Positions 1 to 9,669 of a stretch of DNA of 47,600 nt are shown one piece after another. Source of the stretch: Dehalococcoidia bacterium. GTDB lineage: Bacteria; Chloroflexota; Dehalococcoidia; Lucifugimonadales; UBA3495. The notes beneath the pieces were generated by a model. It did no database searches. It saw nothing but the letters and a program-made list of their open reading frames with translations, and was not told the origin of the DNA. Both the position numbers and the translations under genes were made by a program. Every line of letters begins with the position of its first letter. Position 1 is the first letter of the stretch. The stretch lies in contig JASLXV010000098.1 of the NCBI GenBank assembly GCA_030740155.1, positions 1 through 47,600 of the forward strand, in the 5' to 3' direction.

Positions 1-9
1 CAGTCTCCA

Positions 10-366
10 CTACCTTTCTCCTGCGCTCACTCGGGAATACCATAGGTCCACCTGCCGGGGTGGCGGAACGGTAGACGCGGCGGACTTAAAATCCGCTACC
101 TTAACGGGTGTGTGGGTTCGACTCCCACCTCCGGCACCAACGTCATTCATGCCTAGAGACGCCGTCTTTTCGGGCGGCGTTCTTGGCGTCTTGTTAACAC
201 TCGCCTGTTCACTGTTAACAAAAGTGTTAACACCGCCCATGTACCGCTGGTACAGATCGCGCCGCCAAGGCCGCTTGCCGTTGACCATGTAGGACAGGTA
301 GGCCGGGCTGATCTCTAGCTCGGCGGCAATCTTCCGCAGTGACAGTCTTTTACCCTCGTTCGCCAT
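10..366 (-). CDS. XRE-like helix-turn-helix protein; C-terminal part reads antisense through the tRNA (probable mobile-element remnant)
   Basis: LSLRKIAAELEISPAYLSYMVNGKRPW is a typical XRE HTH. The tail GAGGGSRTHTP...DFKSAAS is the antisense translation of the tRNA. Confidence 0.55.
   Translation of the reverse strand: MANEGKRLSLRKIAAELEISPAYLSYMVNGKRPWRRDLYQRYMGGVNTFVNSEQASVNKTPRTPPEKTASLGMNDVGAGGGSRTHTPVKVADFKSAASTVPPPRQVDLWYSRVSAGER
54..139 (+). tRNA. tRNA-Leu (anticodon TAA)
   Basis: GCCGGGG...CTCCGGC-A-CCA acceptor stem with encoded CCA; D arm TGGCGGAACGGTAGACGC; anticodon arm GCGGA-CTTAAAA-TCCGC; long variable arm; T loop GGTTCGACTCC. Confidence 0.96.
192..232. repeat. Three copies of palindromic TGTTAACA (192-199, 213-220, 225-232) plus variant TGTTCACT (206-213); candidate recombinase arm-type sites
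   Basis: Read directly about 50-90 bp downstream of the tRNA 3' end; function inferred from position. Confidence 0.55.
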
Positions 367-535
367 CGTTGGCCTCCCTGTCTATCTTCTCTTGTATCGC
401 CTCTTCGAGCCATTGGCCCAGCGCCTTCCCATCGGCCTTCGCATGTTCAAGCGCCCGCTTCATTGCATCAGGCTCTATCCTCACTGACCGTATCGGCTTG
501 TGGCCTGTAGCTGGCCGTCCCATTCGCTTCGTCAC
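350..535 (-). CDS. Small ribbon-helix-helix (Arc/CopG/HicB-C-like) DNA-binding protein
   Basis: GRPATG...RSVRIEPDAMKRALEHAKADGKALGQWLEEAIQEKI fits beta-alpha-alpha RHH; overlaps the HTH start; AT-rich promoter-like stretch at 545-570. Confidence 0.65.
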   Translation of the reverse strand: MTKRMGRPATGHKPIRSVRIEPDAMKRALEHAKADGKALGQWLEEAIQEKIDREANDGERG

Positions 536-842
536 GGCAGAGTCATACTTTATGTATTATATATAATCAAGTACGCGCTGTCGCAAGCTGGGCGAGGCAG
601 GACGGCGTTTCCGTTCACACGCTATGATTAGGGTAATGGGCAGTGAACGGAACTGCGGCGGTATGCGGCCTGCAGAAAACGGGCCGCGCCAGCGACCCTG
701 GTAGCTTGGTCAACGGTACTAGCCGCGCGGATTTTGAATTCTGAGCAGCCGGGTCAAATCGAAACGTCCTTGTTGGCCCATATTGCCCAGTTCGACACCG
801 ACGGAAGCGCCGTAACTGACTGGATGGTGTGCTCCTAGTACC

Positions 843-960
843 TAGTTGCATAAATCAGCGTTCTCAATTCCACTCGTGGTGAGCTTGTCGAACCATGGAC
901 CCGGCTCCCTTCGACAGGCTCAGGGTGAGCGGATGATTCTTACGAGGATTTCCAAAACTA
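843..960. mobile_element. MITE-like element with REP-type hairpin core
   Basis: Imperfect TIRs TAGTTGCATAAATC / GATTTCCAAAACTA, CTAG at both ends; core CTCGTGGTGAGCTTGTCGAACCA...CCTTCGACAGGCTCAGGGTGAGCGG recurs elsewhere in the window. Confidence 0.55.
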
Positions 961-1187
961 GATACTCGAAAAGGCCCATGGGAGCGCAAAACGTGGTGAA
1001 AGCCACCTCCGCTGCCTATCGAACGCTAACTTGCTGCGCGGAGAGATAGTGTTGCGCGCCGGGCGGCGCTGATTGACGGCATTCGTGAGTGACACTACCA
1101 TAGTCCTGGTCGAGGACTGCTGCCTGCCAGCGCCGAGGCAGTTCGGAATGGTGAATCCGGCTGAAAACGAAGAGAGGGAGGGGAATT

Positions 1188-2315
1188 ATGCCCCGCATGG
1201 CTACGGAGGAGAGGTTCTTTAGAAACCCAATGGTGCCCTACAAGGAGTACAAACGTATCAAATATGAGCCAGGGAGGGTGACTCGAATAAAACTGAATAG
1301 ACCCCGATACCTGAATGCTCAGAGCCATGCCATGTTCGGCGAGCTAGAGGATGCTTATGACCGCGCCTGCGAGAACACGGAGTGCCATGTTATCGTCGTT
1401 TCAGGAGAGGGCCGCTGTTTCTCATGCGGAGACGATGCTAACGGGCTTACGCCAGAGTCGGCGCCCTGCCTGGTAACCGACGAAACGGCTCAGCAGCTAA
1501 TCGAGCGGTTCGGCTCCGAGCGCGCACTTTGGCACCAATACAACATTGAGCACGACTACTATATTTCTTGGTGGCTCCACCAAAAACTGCCCCGCACCCC
1601 AAAGCCAACCATCGCCATGGTGCACAGCTATTGCATCTATGGAGCATTTGCCCACGCCACAGGGTTGGACATCATCTTCGCTTCCGAGGATGCTTTGTTC
1701 CTGGGTGGCCTCGGCAAAGCAACATGGGACCTGGGCTCACGCAAAGCCCTGGAGCTTGCGTATGAAAACCGGTTCATGACTGCTCGCGAAGCCCTCGAAA
1801 ACGGCTCGATCAACCGTGTCTTCCCCGACCACGAAACCCTGGAGAGGGAGACGCTGGCCTTCGCGGAAAGACTTGCCAGCGAAGTCCCCACCCACCTGCA
1901 GCGTATCAAGCAAGCCTATCTACAAACGCTGGACTGCCAGGGTTACACGGCGGCCTATGAGGCGAATCGTACGCCGTCTGCCCAAATCTGGCGAAACTTG
2001 GCCGCGGATGGGAACGCAATGAGATATGAAGGTAAGGGCATGGCTCGAACCCCTGCGGCTTTATTCGCCCTGGCTACAAAGCTGGAGTCGGAGGGAGCGG
2101 AGGTGCCCACCAACGTCATTGAAGCGCTGGCGAGGGCCGCTGCCAGGGATGATAAGGCAGCGTGGCAGAAAGCGCTCCATCAGGAGTGGAGGGCGCCAGA
2201 GCGATTGGCGCGTGCGGACGCCGACGCGAAGGCATGGGGCGAGAAGAAGGCAAGAGCAGGAGGTAAGGATACTAAAGAAATGATAGAAGAGCTTTTGGAA
2301 AAGCTAAGAAAATGA
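1188..2315 (+). CDS. Enoyl-CoA hydratase/isomerase (crotonase) family protein with C-terminal extension
   Basis: IKLNRPRYLNAQ, VIVVSGEGRCFSCGDD, PKPTIAMVHSYC, MTAREALENGSINRV; RBS GGAGG upstream. Confidence 0.88.
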   Translation: MPRMATEERFFRNPMVPYKEYKRIKYEPGRVTRIKLNRPRYLNAQSHAMFGELEDAYDRACENTECHVIVVSGEGRCFSCGDDANGLTPESAPCLVTDETAQQLIERFGSERALWHQYNIEHDYYISWWLHQKLPRTPKPTIAMVHSYCIYGAFAHATGLDIIFASEDALFLGGLGKATWDLGSRKALELAYENRFMTAREALENGSINRVFPDHETLERETLAFAERLASEVPTHLQRIKQAYLQTLDCQGYTAAYEANRTPSAQIWRNLAADGNAMRYEGKGMARTPAALFALATKLESEGAEVPTNVIEALARAAARDDKAAWQKALHQEWRAPERLARADADAKAWGEKKARAGGKDTKEMIEELLEKLRK

Positions 2316-2470
2316 CCGCGTGAACTCAGAAAGCACAGCCGCCCAAAGAAGAGGGTTGCAAACAAACCGGCCGGTATTGAGCTGATACCAGGCCGGAGTC
2401 TAGAGCGGGAAACAGGTGGATAGGCATGAGGGTAGACTACTCCCATGCGCGCTTGGGTCGAAAAGCTGAA

Positions 2471-2917
2471 CGAGGCGATGGTCATGTCGCAGCACACCTG
2501 GATCATGTTCCCCATCTCGATACACACCCCCCGGACGGCGGCGATGGTAGGTTTCATGGAGAGGAAGAGGCGGCCCAGGGTCCGGGGGCGGCCCACGATC
2601 TGCCGGGTTAGCTGGACCCGCTGGGGGTCCCGCCGCTCGCTCCGCGGAGCGTCGGAGGTCATGTCCAGGCCTCCCCAACCCCCCAGGTCATGGCCCCCGC
2701 AGAAGTGTTTCCCGTTTCCGATGGCGACCACGGATTCTACGTTGTCGTCGTTTTCCCAATCATCGATGGCGGCTACCAGCTCCTCGTCGGCGGATTCGGG
2801 CACCGCGTTGCGCTTCTCCGGAAGGTTGAGAGTGAGGAAGGCGCACTTCTCCTTCCGGTCTTTCTCGTACTTGTAGAAGGGCTTTTCTCCGGGGAGTATG
2901 TGGGTGAAGTCTTCCAT
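2471..2917 (-). pseudogene. 3'-truncated crotonase, copy of 40500..41438
   Basis: First ~148 codons nearly identical to the intact copy (about 7 aa differences by hand count). Homology stops after DMTIAS (~2471) and the frame runs on into unrelated sequence. Confidence 0.85.
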
Positions 2918-3219
2918 GTTTGTCCTCTCCTTTCGTTCATTCCAGGGAATACGCTGAGCCGCACCGTCACGTCGTTCATGGCGCGCCGCAAGCGCGCGAT
3001 GCCGCCGCAGATGGAATCAGGGTGACAGGCGCCAGGCCGATTCAGGTAGCGAGGCGGCCCGTTACAATCGGGGCTGGGCCGGTCGCTCACCAAGTGTTGG
3101 CCGGCCGATTCTTCCCTGGTGGCCGTCTCTTTTGGGTGGCTGAGGCGTCCGGATTCTAGCCCCTAAACACGATATGCGCCAACGTTGCGTGCCTGATCCG
3201 CCACGCGACGAGGCACGGG

Positions 3220-3248
3220 TTGACGCCCGTCGGCGCCCTGGCTAGGAT
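3220..3248 (+). promoter_or_regulatory. sigma70-like promoter of the CoA-transferase
   Basis: TTGACG-N17-TAGGAT; both hexamers conserved in the inverted copy near 40156-40184. Confidence 0.6.
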
Positions 3249-3324
3249 GGGGCTAGTAGGGCCTTGATCCCCCAATCACCGGCCGTCGAGCGAAGACGGC
3301 TAATCTCCTTAAGGATGCAATGCC

Positions 3325-4524
3325 ATGTCCGTGCCCCTAGAAGGAATTAGAGTGCTGGACTTCACCCAGCAGCACATGGGTCCCACGGCCACCGTCATGC
3401 TGGCCGATCTGGGAGCCGAAGTCATCAAGGTCGAGCCACCCTGGAAGGACCAGATGTCCGGCCCCGAGGCCCATCGGCCCGCCCCCGACGGGTATGAATC
3501 CGCCCACGAGGCCCACAACCGGGGTAAGAAAAGCATAACCGTTGACCTCAAGAGCCCAGAGGGCAAGGAGGTCATTTACCGCCTGATCCCGAAGGTGGAT
3601 GTCTTGGCCGAGAACTTTTCCGCCGGCGTGATGGACCGGTTGGGCCTGGGCTACGCGGACCTTTCGCCAATGAACCCGAGGCTGGTCTATGGAAGCTGCT
3701 CCTCTTTCGGTTCCGCGGGCCCCATGCGGGGCTGGAAAGGCATGGACAGCCTTTTTCAGGCCATGAGCGGCATCATGTGGTTGCAAGCCGGCAACGACGG
3801 AGTTTGCCCCGAGCCGGTCCAGATGAACCTAGGGGACACGGTAGGGGGCATCCTTTTCTCGCATTCGATCGTCGTGGCTCTGCTCGCCCGCGACCGCACC
3901 GGGTTGGGGCAGAAGGTAGAGTCGTCTGGGCTGGGCAACATGATTTCGCTTCAGAGGTGGCGGATCACCGCGGCGCTGCGGCATGGGTTCCGTTGGGACA
4001 TCCCTCACGGCCTCATAGCCGACGATCCCGTCAGGTACTTTCACCGGGACTTCGAAGGCAAATGGTTTGTCACATCCATGATGGCCCAGGGAAGTTGGGC
4101 TAATTTCTGCGAGGTCATCGGCCGGGAAGACCTGAGTGACCATCCTCAGTGGCAGGGCCGGGCCGGGCGCAAGGGTAGCAAGCAACTGGAGGAGTTGTTG
4201 GCCCAGGCTTTCGCAACCCGCACCCGAGACGAGTGGGTGGAAGCATTCCAGACCCACGGCGTCGCCGCCGCCCCGGTCTACTCCTACGACGACCTGGCCG
4301 ATGATCCCCAGTGTCTGGCCAACGGGTATATCGTGTCCGTGGACGACCCGCGCTGGGGACCGATGAAGCTGCCGGGCGCGATGGCGAAGTTCAGCGCCAC
4401 GCCGGCGGACCAGCCTGCCGGTTCGGCGCCCATCCTTGGAGAGCATACCCAGGAGGTCCTGACCGGCCTTGTCGGCTACAGTCTGGAGGAGGTGGCTCGG
4501 CTGAAGGACGCGAGGGCTATCTAG
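3325..4524 (+). CDS. Family III CoA-transferase (CaiB/BaiF)
   Basis: PLEGIRVLDF, GPTATVMLADLGAEVIKVE, NRGKKSI.VDLK, DVLAENF, catalytic Asp in LGDTVGG, AP.LGEHT. Confidence 0.95.
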   Translation: MSVPLEGIRVLDFTQQHMGPTATVMLADLGAEVIKVEPPWKDQMSGPEAHRPAPDGYESAHEAHNRGKKSITVDLKSPEGKEVIYRLIPKVDVLAENFSAGVMDRLGLGYADLSPMNPRLVYGSCSSFGSAGPMRGWKGMDSLFQAMSGIMWLQAGNDGVCPEPVQMNLGDTVGGILFSHSIVVALLARDRTGLGQKVESSGLGNMISLQRWRITAALRHGFRWDIPHGLIADDPVRYFHRDFEGKWFVTSMMAQGSWANFCEVIGREDLSDHPQWQGRAGRKGSKQLEELLAQAFATRTRDEWVEAFQTHGVAAAPVYSYDDLADDPQCLANGYIVSVDDPRWGPMKLPGAMAKFSATPADQPAGSAPILGEHTQEVLTGLVGYSLEEVARLKDARAI

Positions 4525-4563
4525 GGCCGGATCAAGCCGACCATCACAGTCGCCGTTTCCGGA

Positions 4564-4809
4564 CTATTCTGTAGAAACCAATGAAAGCTTTGCTTTCCTG
4601 TCCAACGACTTTATCTCGATTTCACGTCTTGAGGCGACTCCCCTGTCCTGGCAAATTTCCTGATAAACGAGCTTAAACGGCCCACGCCCTTTCGTATATT
4701 TCGCGCCCTGTCCCGCTTCGTGTTCCGCCATGCGGCGCTCTAGATCATTGGTGATGCCGGTATACAGGGTTCCGTCGGCGCATCGCAGAATGTAGACGAT
4801 CCAGTTCAC
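4564..4809 (-). CDS. GIY-YIG nuclease (UPF0213/YhbQ-like)
   Basis: VYILRCADGTLYTGITNDLERRMAEHEAGQGAKYTKGRGP...ASRREIEIK. Confidence 0.92.
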   Translation of the reverse strand: MNWIVYILRCADGTLYTGITNDLERRMAEHEAGQGAKYTKGRGPFKLVYQEICQDRGVASRREIEIKSLDRKAKLSLVSTE

Positions 4810-4926
4810 AAGCTCCTACCCTATCCAAATAGTCTCTTGCAAAAGGAGCACTCTGACACCAACCCCTTGCTCGCCCGTGCAGCCCATCGATGCAGGCAAC
4901 CGATTAGACGGGACTGGCCCACTTGG

Positions 4927-5592
4927 TCACTGGGTCTCCTCGATGGCTACATCATCGCTTGCTGTGCTGGGCAACAACTGATCAAAGAGGCGTAGCCGGA
5001 TGGTTCTGATCTCGGGAATGGTGATTTCCTGGTCGAAGACCGCTCTGTACTCCTTCAACCCATCTACGACGCCAATGAACTCGATTACATCATCTTCAAG
5101 GAGCCGTGAACCTTCACAGTGGAGGTAGACTGTGTCATCCCACCCGAAGGTGCCTTCGGTCACATTGGCTCGGAATTGGTATTCGTCTTTGCCTGCGTTG
5201 ATGACCTGAACAATCTGGGCTCGATAGTAGACGGTCTTTCCGACGTGCTGTTCATTGTTGCGGAAAAGATCATCGTAGGAAATCTTCTCCGCTTCCTGCA
5301 TAGATCGAGCAAAGGTAAGAGTTGGCGTCGGGGTTGCGGCTGGGGTGGCCAATGTACCAGGACTGTTGGACCCGAAGTCATCTGAGGAGCCGATAATGAG
5401 TGCAATGACAACGAGCAGGGCAGATGATCCGACGATTGACACGGCGACCCACATGACCGCTCGCCCAAAGGAACGCTGGCCATTCCTCTTCGGTGCGGTG
5501 ACCAGAGGGGGGCCTTGCCTCGGCCTGCCGCAGCCAGAGCAGAAACGTGCACCCTGGATGACCTCGGTGCCACAGCTAGTGCAGAACGCCAT
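4927..5592 (-). CDS. Zinc-ribbon, single-TM membrane protein with probable OB-fold C-terminal domain
   Basis: FCTSCG...FCSGCG; one hydrophobic helix; Pro/Thr linker; ISYDDLFRN...GKTVYYRAQIVQV...LLEDDVIEFIG...TIPEI. Confidence 0.75.
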   Translation of the reverse strand: MAFCTSCGTEVIQGARFCSGCGRPRQGPPLVTAPKRNGQRSFGRAVMWVAVSIVGSSALLVVIALIIGSSDDFGSNSPGTLATPAATPTPTLTFARSMQEAEKISYDDLFRNNEQHVGKTVYYRAQIVQVINAGKDEYQFRANVTEGTFGWDDTVYLHCEGSRLLEDDVIEFIGVVDGLKEYRAVFDQEITIPEIRTIRLRLFDQLLPSTASDDVAIEETQ

Positions 5593-5817
5593 TTTACTCT
5601 ATCCTTCTCATTTGCCAGACCTCTGGCCTCTGTCCGGAACCGGATGCGGCGCTATCTGTGGTGACACCGGCCCCTTGCCCGCCCGTGTGACCTGACTTCG
5701 CCCCCCCACACCCGCACCGACATCCATTCTCACGCCTAGGATGAGCGTCATCAAGAGCAAAGCACCGCCACAGGGGCAGTACGACGAGACTCGTGCCACT
5801 GCCGTGTAATTGCATCC

Positions 5818-6585
5818 CTAGCTACCTCCGAACGATTCAGTAGAGCTTCCCAACCTACGGTATTTCTTGTTCTGATTCGATGTGATCTGTCTGACCATAA
5901 AGAACGCCAAAACGATCGCGACGATCGATAGGGCCTCCCCAGTCACCCCCATATACTGGCCCATGATGAGTTCATCCCGCGTTGGGTCAGTTAATGACCA
6001 CATCGGATGGATCACGTTTTCAATGACAACAAAAAGAATACAAATGCCCCACCACCATTTTACGATTGCGCTAGTGGGAACATCATGCCAGGCTGACGAC
6101 CCTGTGTCTGTCAAAAGGGGATCACTCCCTTTCCAAATCTCTCCAACCACTTGGTACGGCCGAAAAAGGTTCATGATTGGAACAAACCACCATCCAACCG
6201 CCCACCCAGGTGTATAACGCCGCCGGGTAACACTTAGCGCGTCAAGATTCTTCGAGGCACGGTGAATCCAGAAGCAAAATGCGATTACGAGTCCCACTTG
6301 GTTCACCAGCATCAAGACGCCTAGTGTTAGGTGTAATCCGACGTCGGCTGCAAACTCTTCGTATGTGTAGCCCTTGCCTTGGTCGACCTATTGGAGCAAT
6401 CTGATCGCAACGATGGAACGGATTAAGAACGCCAGGACCATGAGGCCCTGCCCGATCAGGAAGATCGATGCCCACGTGGAGCGAGTTGAGGGTGAACGAA
6501 AAAGGTCTAGGGAGATGTAGCTCAAGGCTTCACCTTCGCGGGTGAAACCGAATTGGTCCTCTTTTTTGGCTTCTTCCTCCTCCAT
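5818..6585 (-). pseudogene. DUF4328-type membrane protein interrupted by one in-frame TAG (6388-6390)
   Basis: ORFs 6388..6585 and 5818..6315 share a frame with a single stop between them; motifs FWIHRASKNL, YTPGWAVGWWFVPIMNLFRPYQVVGEIW, KWWW. Confidence 0.72.
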
Positions 6586-6761
6586 GATGTGCCATTATAG
6601 GCGCACAATGGCGCGTTGGGTCAATGTCACGTGGGCGAATGCGGCTTGGGTTTCTGATTTCGTTGGTAGCGAAGGGCGGCAGGTTCGACGGTGACGGGGT
6701 TGGGCGCGGAGGTTGGCAGTGGTTCCGGTTATTTCTGGCCAGTTATGACGCGAAAAAGGGG

Positions 6762-7468
6762 TTATCCATTGGCACGTTTTGGAACTCGCTCGTTGCCAAG
6801 AGGCGGCCTCTTTTTCTGCTCCACATACTGGCGAAGATAATCACCTTTCCATGCTCGCGCTTGTTCCTTGGTCTCAGCTACAGCATGTCTGAACTCCATC
6901 GCGTAACCACGTTGGAGCAACGCTTTTTCGGGTGGCGACATCCAACGTTCAGGGTCGATCAGTCGTCTCCGAACGTAATCTCGCACGCTTTTCCCTGACT
7001 CGACAAATATTGTGCCTGTAGCCCCCTCAACGCGTATCTCAATGATCCCTGGAGCGTTCGCGACCTGCTCGGCCTGGAACTTACTTAATTGCTGCCATGA
7101 TGACCAGGTAGGATGGGCCGGCTTCTCTTCAACCGCACCAAATACTTGCAGGGCTTTCTCGACCTTCTGCTCTTCCGCCTTTACCACCTCTCTGGTCTCC
7201 TCTGACACAGAAGCAGGGTCAGCATCGGGAGACACACCGTCAGCGATGCCTTTGTTCTCCAGCACCTGAGAGCCAGCATGCCCGTTATGGTGCTGAATTC
7301 GTGTGGGGTCATGCCACCGACGTTGATAGTGTTTTGGTTAATGGTGGGCCGGTTGGTAACTCCTTCAAAACTGATTCGCCCGGTTTGTGGTTCCGGCACT
7401 GAACGGCCACACTGGTCGCAGAGATTGGAGTTTGGCTCCAGCTCCACACCGCATTGCTGGCACTGCAT
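6762..7468 (-). pseudogene. Zinc-ribbon protein with C-terminal degenerate GIY-YIG-like domain, frameshifted near 7270
   Basis: MQCQQCG...CDQCG starts at 7468; removing a CT from GCT-CT-CAG joins it to VLENKG...; C-terminus WSSW..L...PGIIEI...IFVES...RRRL...F...PPLGN. Confidence 0.5.
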
Positions 7469-7964
7469 GGAACCCCCTTGGCTGCCGAATGGATCAATAC
7501 TAGGTTCCAGCGTAGGGAGAGTCAAGGTTTCGATGAAAATCAGCGGGTTTCGGGAATCGTTCGCCCACCCTCGAAGCCCCAAACATAAACGCGAATTGCA
7601 TTACTCGTGTCGTGGGTGCCAATAGGGCTACGCAGTGACACCCGCGCCCATAGCAAATAGAAAGCCCCCAGCAATTAGCAGAGGGCCATCAGCTATACCT
7701 TGGGGCTTGGGGTCTAACTCTCCCCCCACCACTTCCCGTCAGCCGTCTTGTGGCTCCACCAGGCTGCCTCGCCCCGCCTGCGCTGCCTGAGCGCGGTCTG
7801 GTGTTCCTGCCCGCACCAAGAATCGGTTCAGGCCGCCCCTTGTGTCGATTTATTCACCCACATGTACAGGCGATGCAACGCTAAGATCAACCCGAGGACC
7901 GGAATGAAAATTGAAAGCGTCGGCCGTCATCGGCGCGCAACACTCCAGGTTTGGGCGTGCTTGG

Positions 7965-8387
7965 CTAGGTTTCTGTTGGATCTGGCAATACTCCGAGCTG
8001 CTGGGCCAAGGAAAGCCTATCGAGGTGGGTCCAAGTTTCTACGATCCTGCCACCGGAGGTTCGCATAACGGTAATCCCGCCTACGGTGACCCGCTTTCCG
8101 GTCGGCGGAACGCTCTCAAGCTGACTGGTATGGGTGCCGGTGAAGGTATACCGGACGGCGGCGAAGTCTTCATCGGCAAGCGCCGCCTCGACTTTCCACT
8201 CCACGTCGGAGAAAGCGTTGATGAATTGGGCCTGCCGCCGCTTCCAGGCTTCCCTTCCGAAATCGTCCTCAATTGACCCATGGTTCACAATATTTTCGGA
8301 ATGCAACTCGTCGGCGATAGCTTCGTAGTTTTCCATTCCCAAAGCGATGGCACGGTTGAGAATTGCTCCCGCTTCATCCGCGGACAT
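7965..8387 (-). CDS. SnoaL-like ester cyclase (NTF2 fold)
   Basis: AFSDVEW.VE..LADED..AVRYTFTGTH...VPPTGKRVTV.G...R..GGRIVETW..D..L.QQLG. Confidence 0.9.
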   Translation of the reverse strand: MSADEAGAILNRAIALGMENYEAIADELHSENIVNHGSIEDDFGREAWKRRQAQFINAFSDVEWKVEAALADEDFAAVRYTFTGTHTSQLESVPPTGKRVTVGGITVMRTSGGRIVETWTHLDRLSLAQQLGVLPDPTET

Positions 8388-8742
8388 CGGCTCACCTCCC
8401 GGCGCAACGTGACCCTACCCACCGAATCGTGAGGTATTGTCCGTGACAAGGCCACGTGGTCCCAATCGACGTGGGTATTAAATAATATCATTCATGCGAG
8501 CCGACAACGCTTTCTGAATATGGTCGCCTCCACTTTGCCTGGCAGAGATCGGGCCGCCGGCCGCAATGCTCGGCTGTAGCTAGGATACATCACCCGAACA
8601 GGCAACAGAACGGGGGCAGTCACCCCGAAGAGTAGTGGTAAACTGTGCAGGGCAGGAGGATCCTCGCTTGATATCGTCCAGACCCTGGGCGGCTGGCTGG
8701 TTTCGCCTCAGACCAATTTCCAATAGCCAACGTGGGAGAGCA

Positions 8743-9444
8743 ATGGGCAAGACGGTTGACGACATCATTTTCGATCTTGATGGGACCCTCGCTGACAGCC
8801 AACCGGCGGCCATTGGGGCAACCATCGAGGCATTGTCTCGATTTGGAGTATCGGTGACCGCCTCCGAAGTAAGGGAGCAGTTTGGTGGCGGATCGCGGAA
8901 GTTGATGCACCATTTCTTGGAACGGGCCCTGGGCTTCGACAAAGCCGAACAGGCGATAGACGAAGGGACCCAATTGAAAATCGACCTACAGGTGAGCTTT
9001 ACCGATAGAGTGATCCTGCTGCCTCAGGCCAGGCAACTTCTGGATCTATTAAGAGACGGTGGATACCGGCTTGCTTTGGCCACGATGGCCGCCAGGGATG
9101 TGGTGGACCGGTTGTTGAGCCATCACGGCATCGAAGAGTATTTTGACCACGTGCTGACCGCCGATGACGTGATCCATGGAAAACCAGACCCTGAAATCTT
9201 GACCAAGACCGTTGAACTGATGGGTGGACAAATCAGCCGCACCCTCTATATCGGGGACTCCACCCACGACCTGGAGGCGGCGGTTTGCCTGGGTATGCCA
9301 TTCCTGTTGGTCGACTCGGGTCTATACGTTCGAGGAGAATTCAGGAGTAAGCTCCGTGCCAGCGCGGAAGAGAACGGGTATCCTATCGTAGGCGTGGAGG
9401 GATTGCTGGACATCGGCGACATCGTTGGGACCCATGCTTCTTGA
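8743..9444 (+). CDS. HAD-superfamily phosphatase (PGP-like)
   Basis: IIFDLDGTLADS, LALAT, KPDPE, YIGDSTHDL; ATG 8743 after GGGAGAG. Confidence 0.92.
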   Translation: MGKTVDDIIFDLDGTLADSQPAAIGATIEALSRFGVSVTASEVREQFGGGSRKLMHHFLERALGFDKAEQAIDEGTQLKIDLQVSFTDRVILLPQARQLLDLLRDGGYRLALATMAARDVVDRLLSHHGIEEYFDHVLTADDVIHGKPDPEILTKTVELMGGQISRTLYIGDSTHDLEAAVCLGMPFLLVDSGLYVRGEFRSKLRASAEENGYPIVGVEGLLDIGDIVGTHAS

Positions 9445-9669
9445 TCCAACGGTCCGCTGCCCACGCCTTCTTCGTTGGCCGCTCCTCTGAAGAAGCTGCA
9501 TCTTGGACCTCAGCCTTGGAAGGTGTCCGACGGCCAATGCGCTGCTGGGTGAGACTGAGAAGGTGAGCGCTCCGAACGCCGCACCGGGCAAAGGCGCGGG
9601 GTGGAGCGCTTCGGATCATCTCGCCGGACCGGCAAGCACGACGATCCGCCACCATCCTCTGAATCTGTT

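Larger units (their letters stand above)
2471..4524. repeat. Left copy of a ~2 kb inverted duplication (partner ~38880..40946)
   Basis: Crotonase 5' half, intergenic region and CoA-transferase all match the reverse complement of 38880..40946. Confidence 0.92.

Noticed and set aside
2180..2470. C-terminal part of the 245-aa crotonase ORF
   Set aside because: Read-through after the truncation point; overlaps the convergent gene.
5594..5815. Short ORFs between the two membrane-protein genes
   Set aside because: No RBS or recognisable motif.
6388..6390. Pyrrolysine or programmed amber read-through
   Set aside because: No pyl genes in the window and TAG is a normal stop for many genes here; point mutation or sequencing error is simpler.
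7640..7735. Possible attR/tRNA 3'-end remnant (CTCTCCCCCCACCA after AAAGCCCCCAGC...GGGC)
   Set aside because: Match to the tRNA-Leu 3' end is too poor to call an att site.
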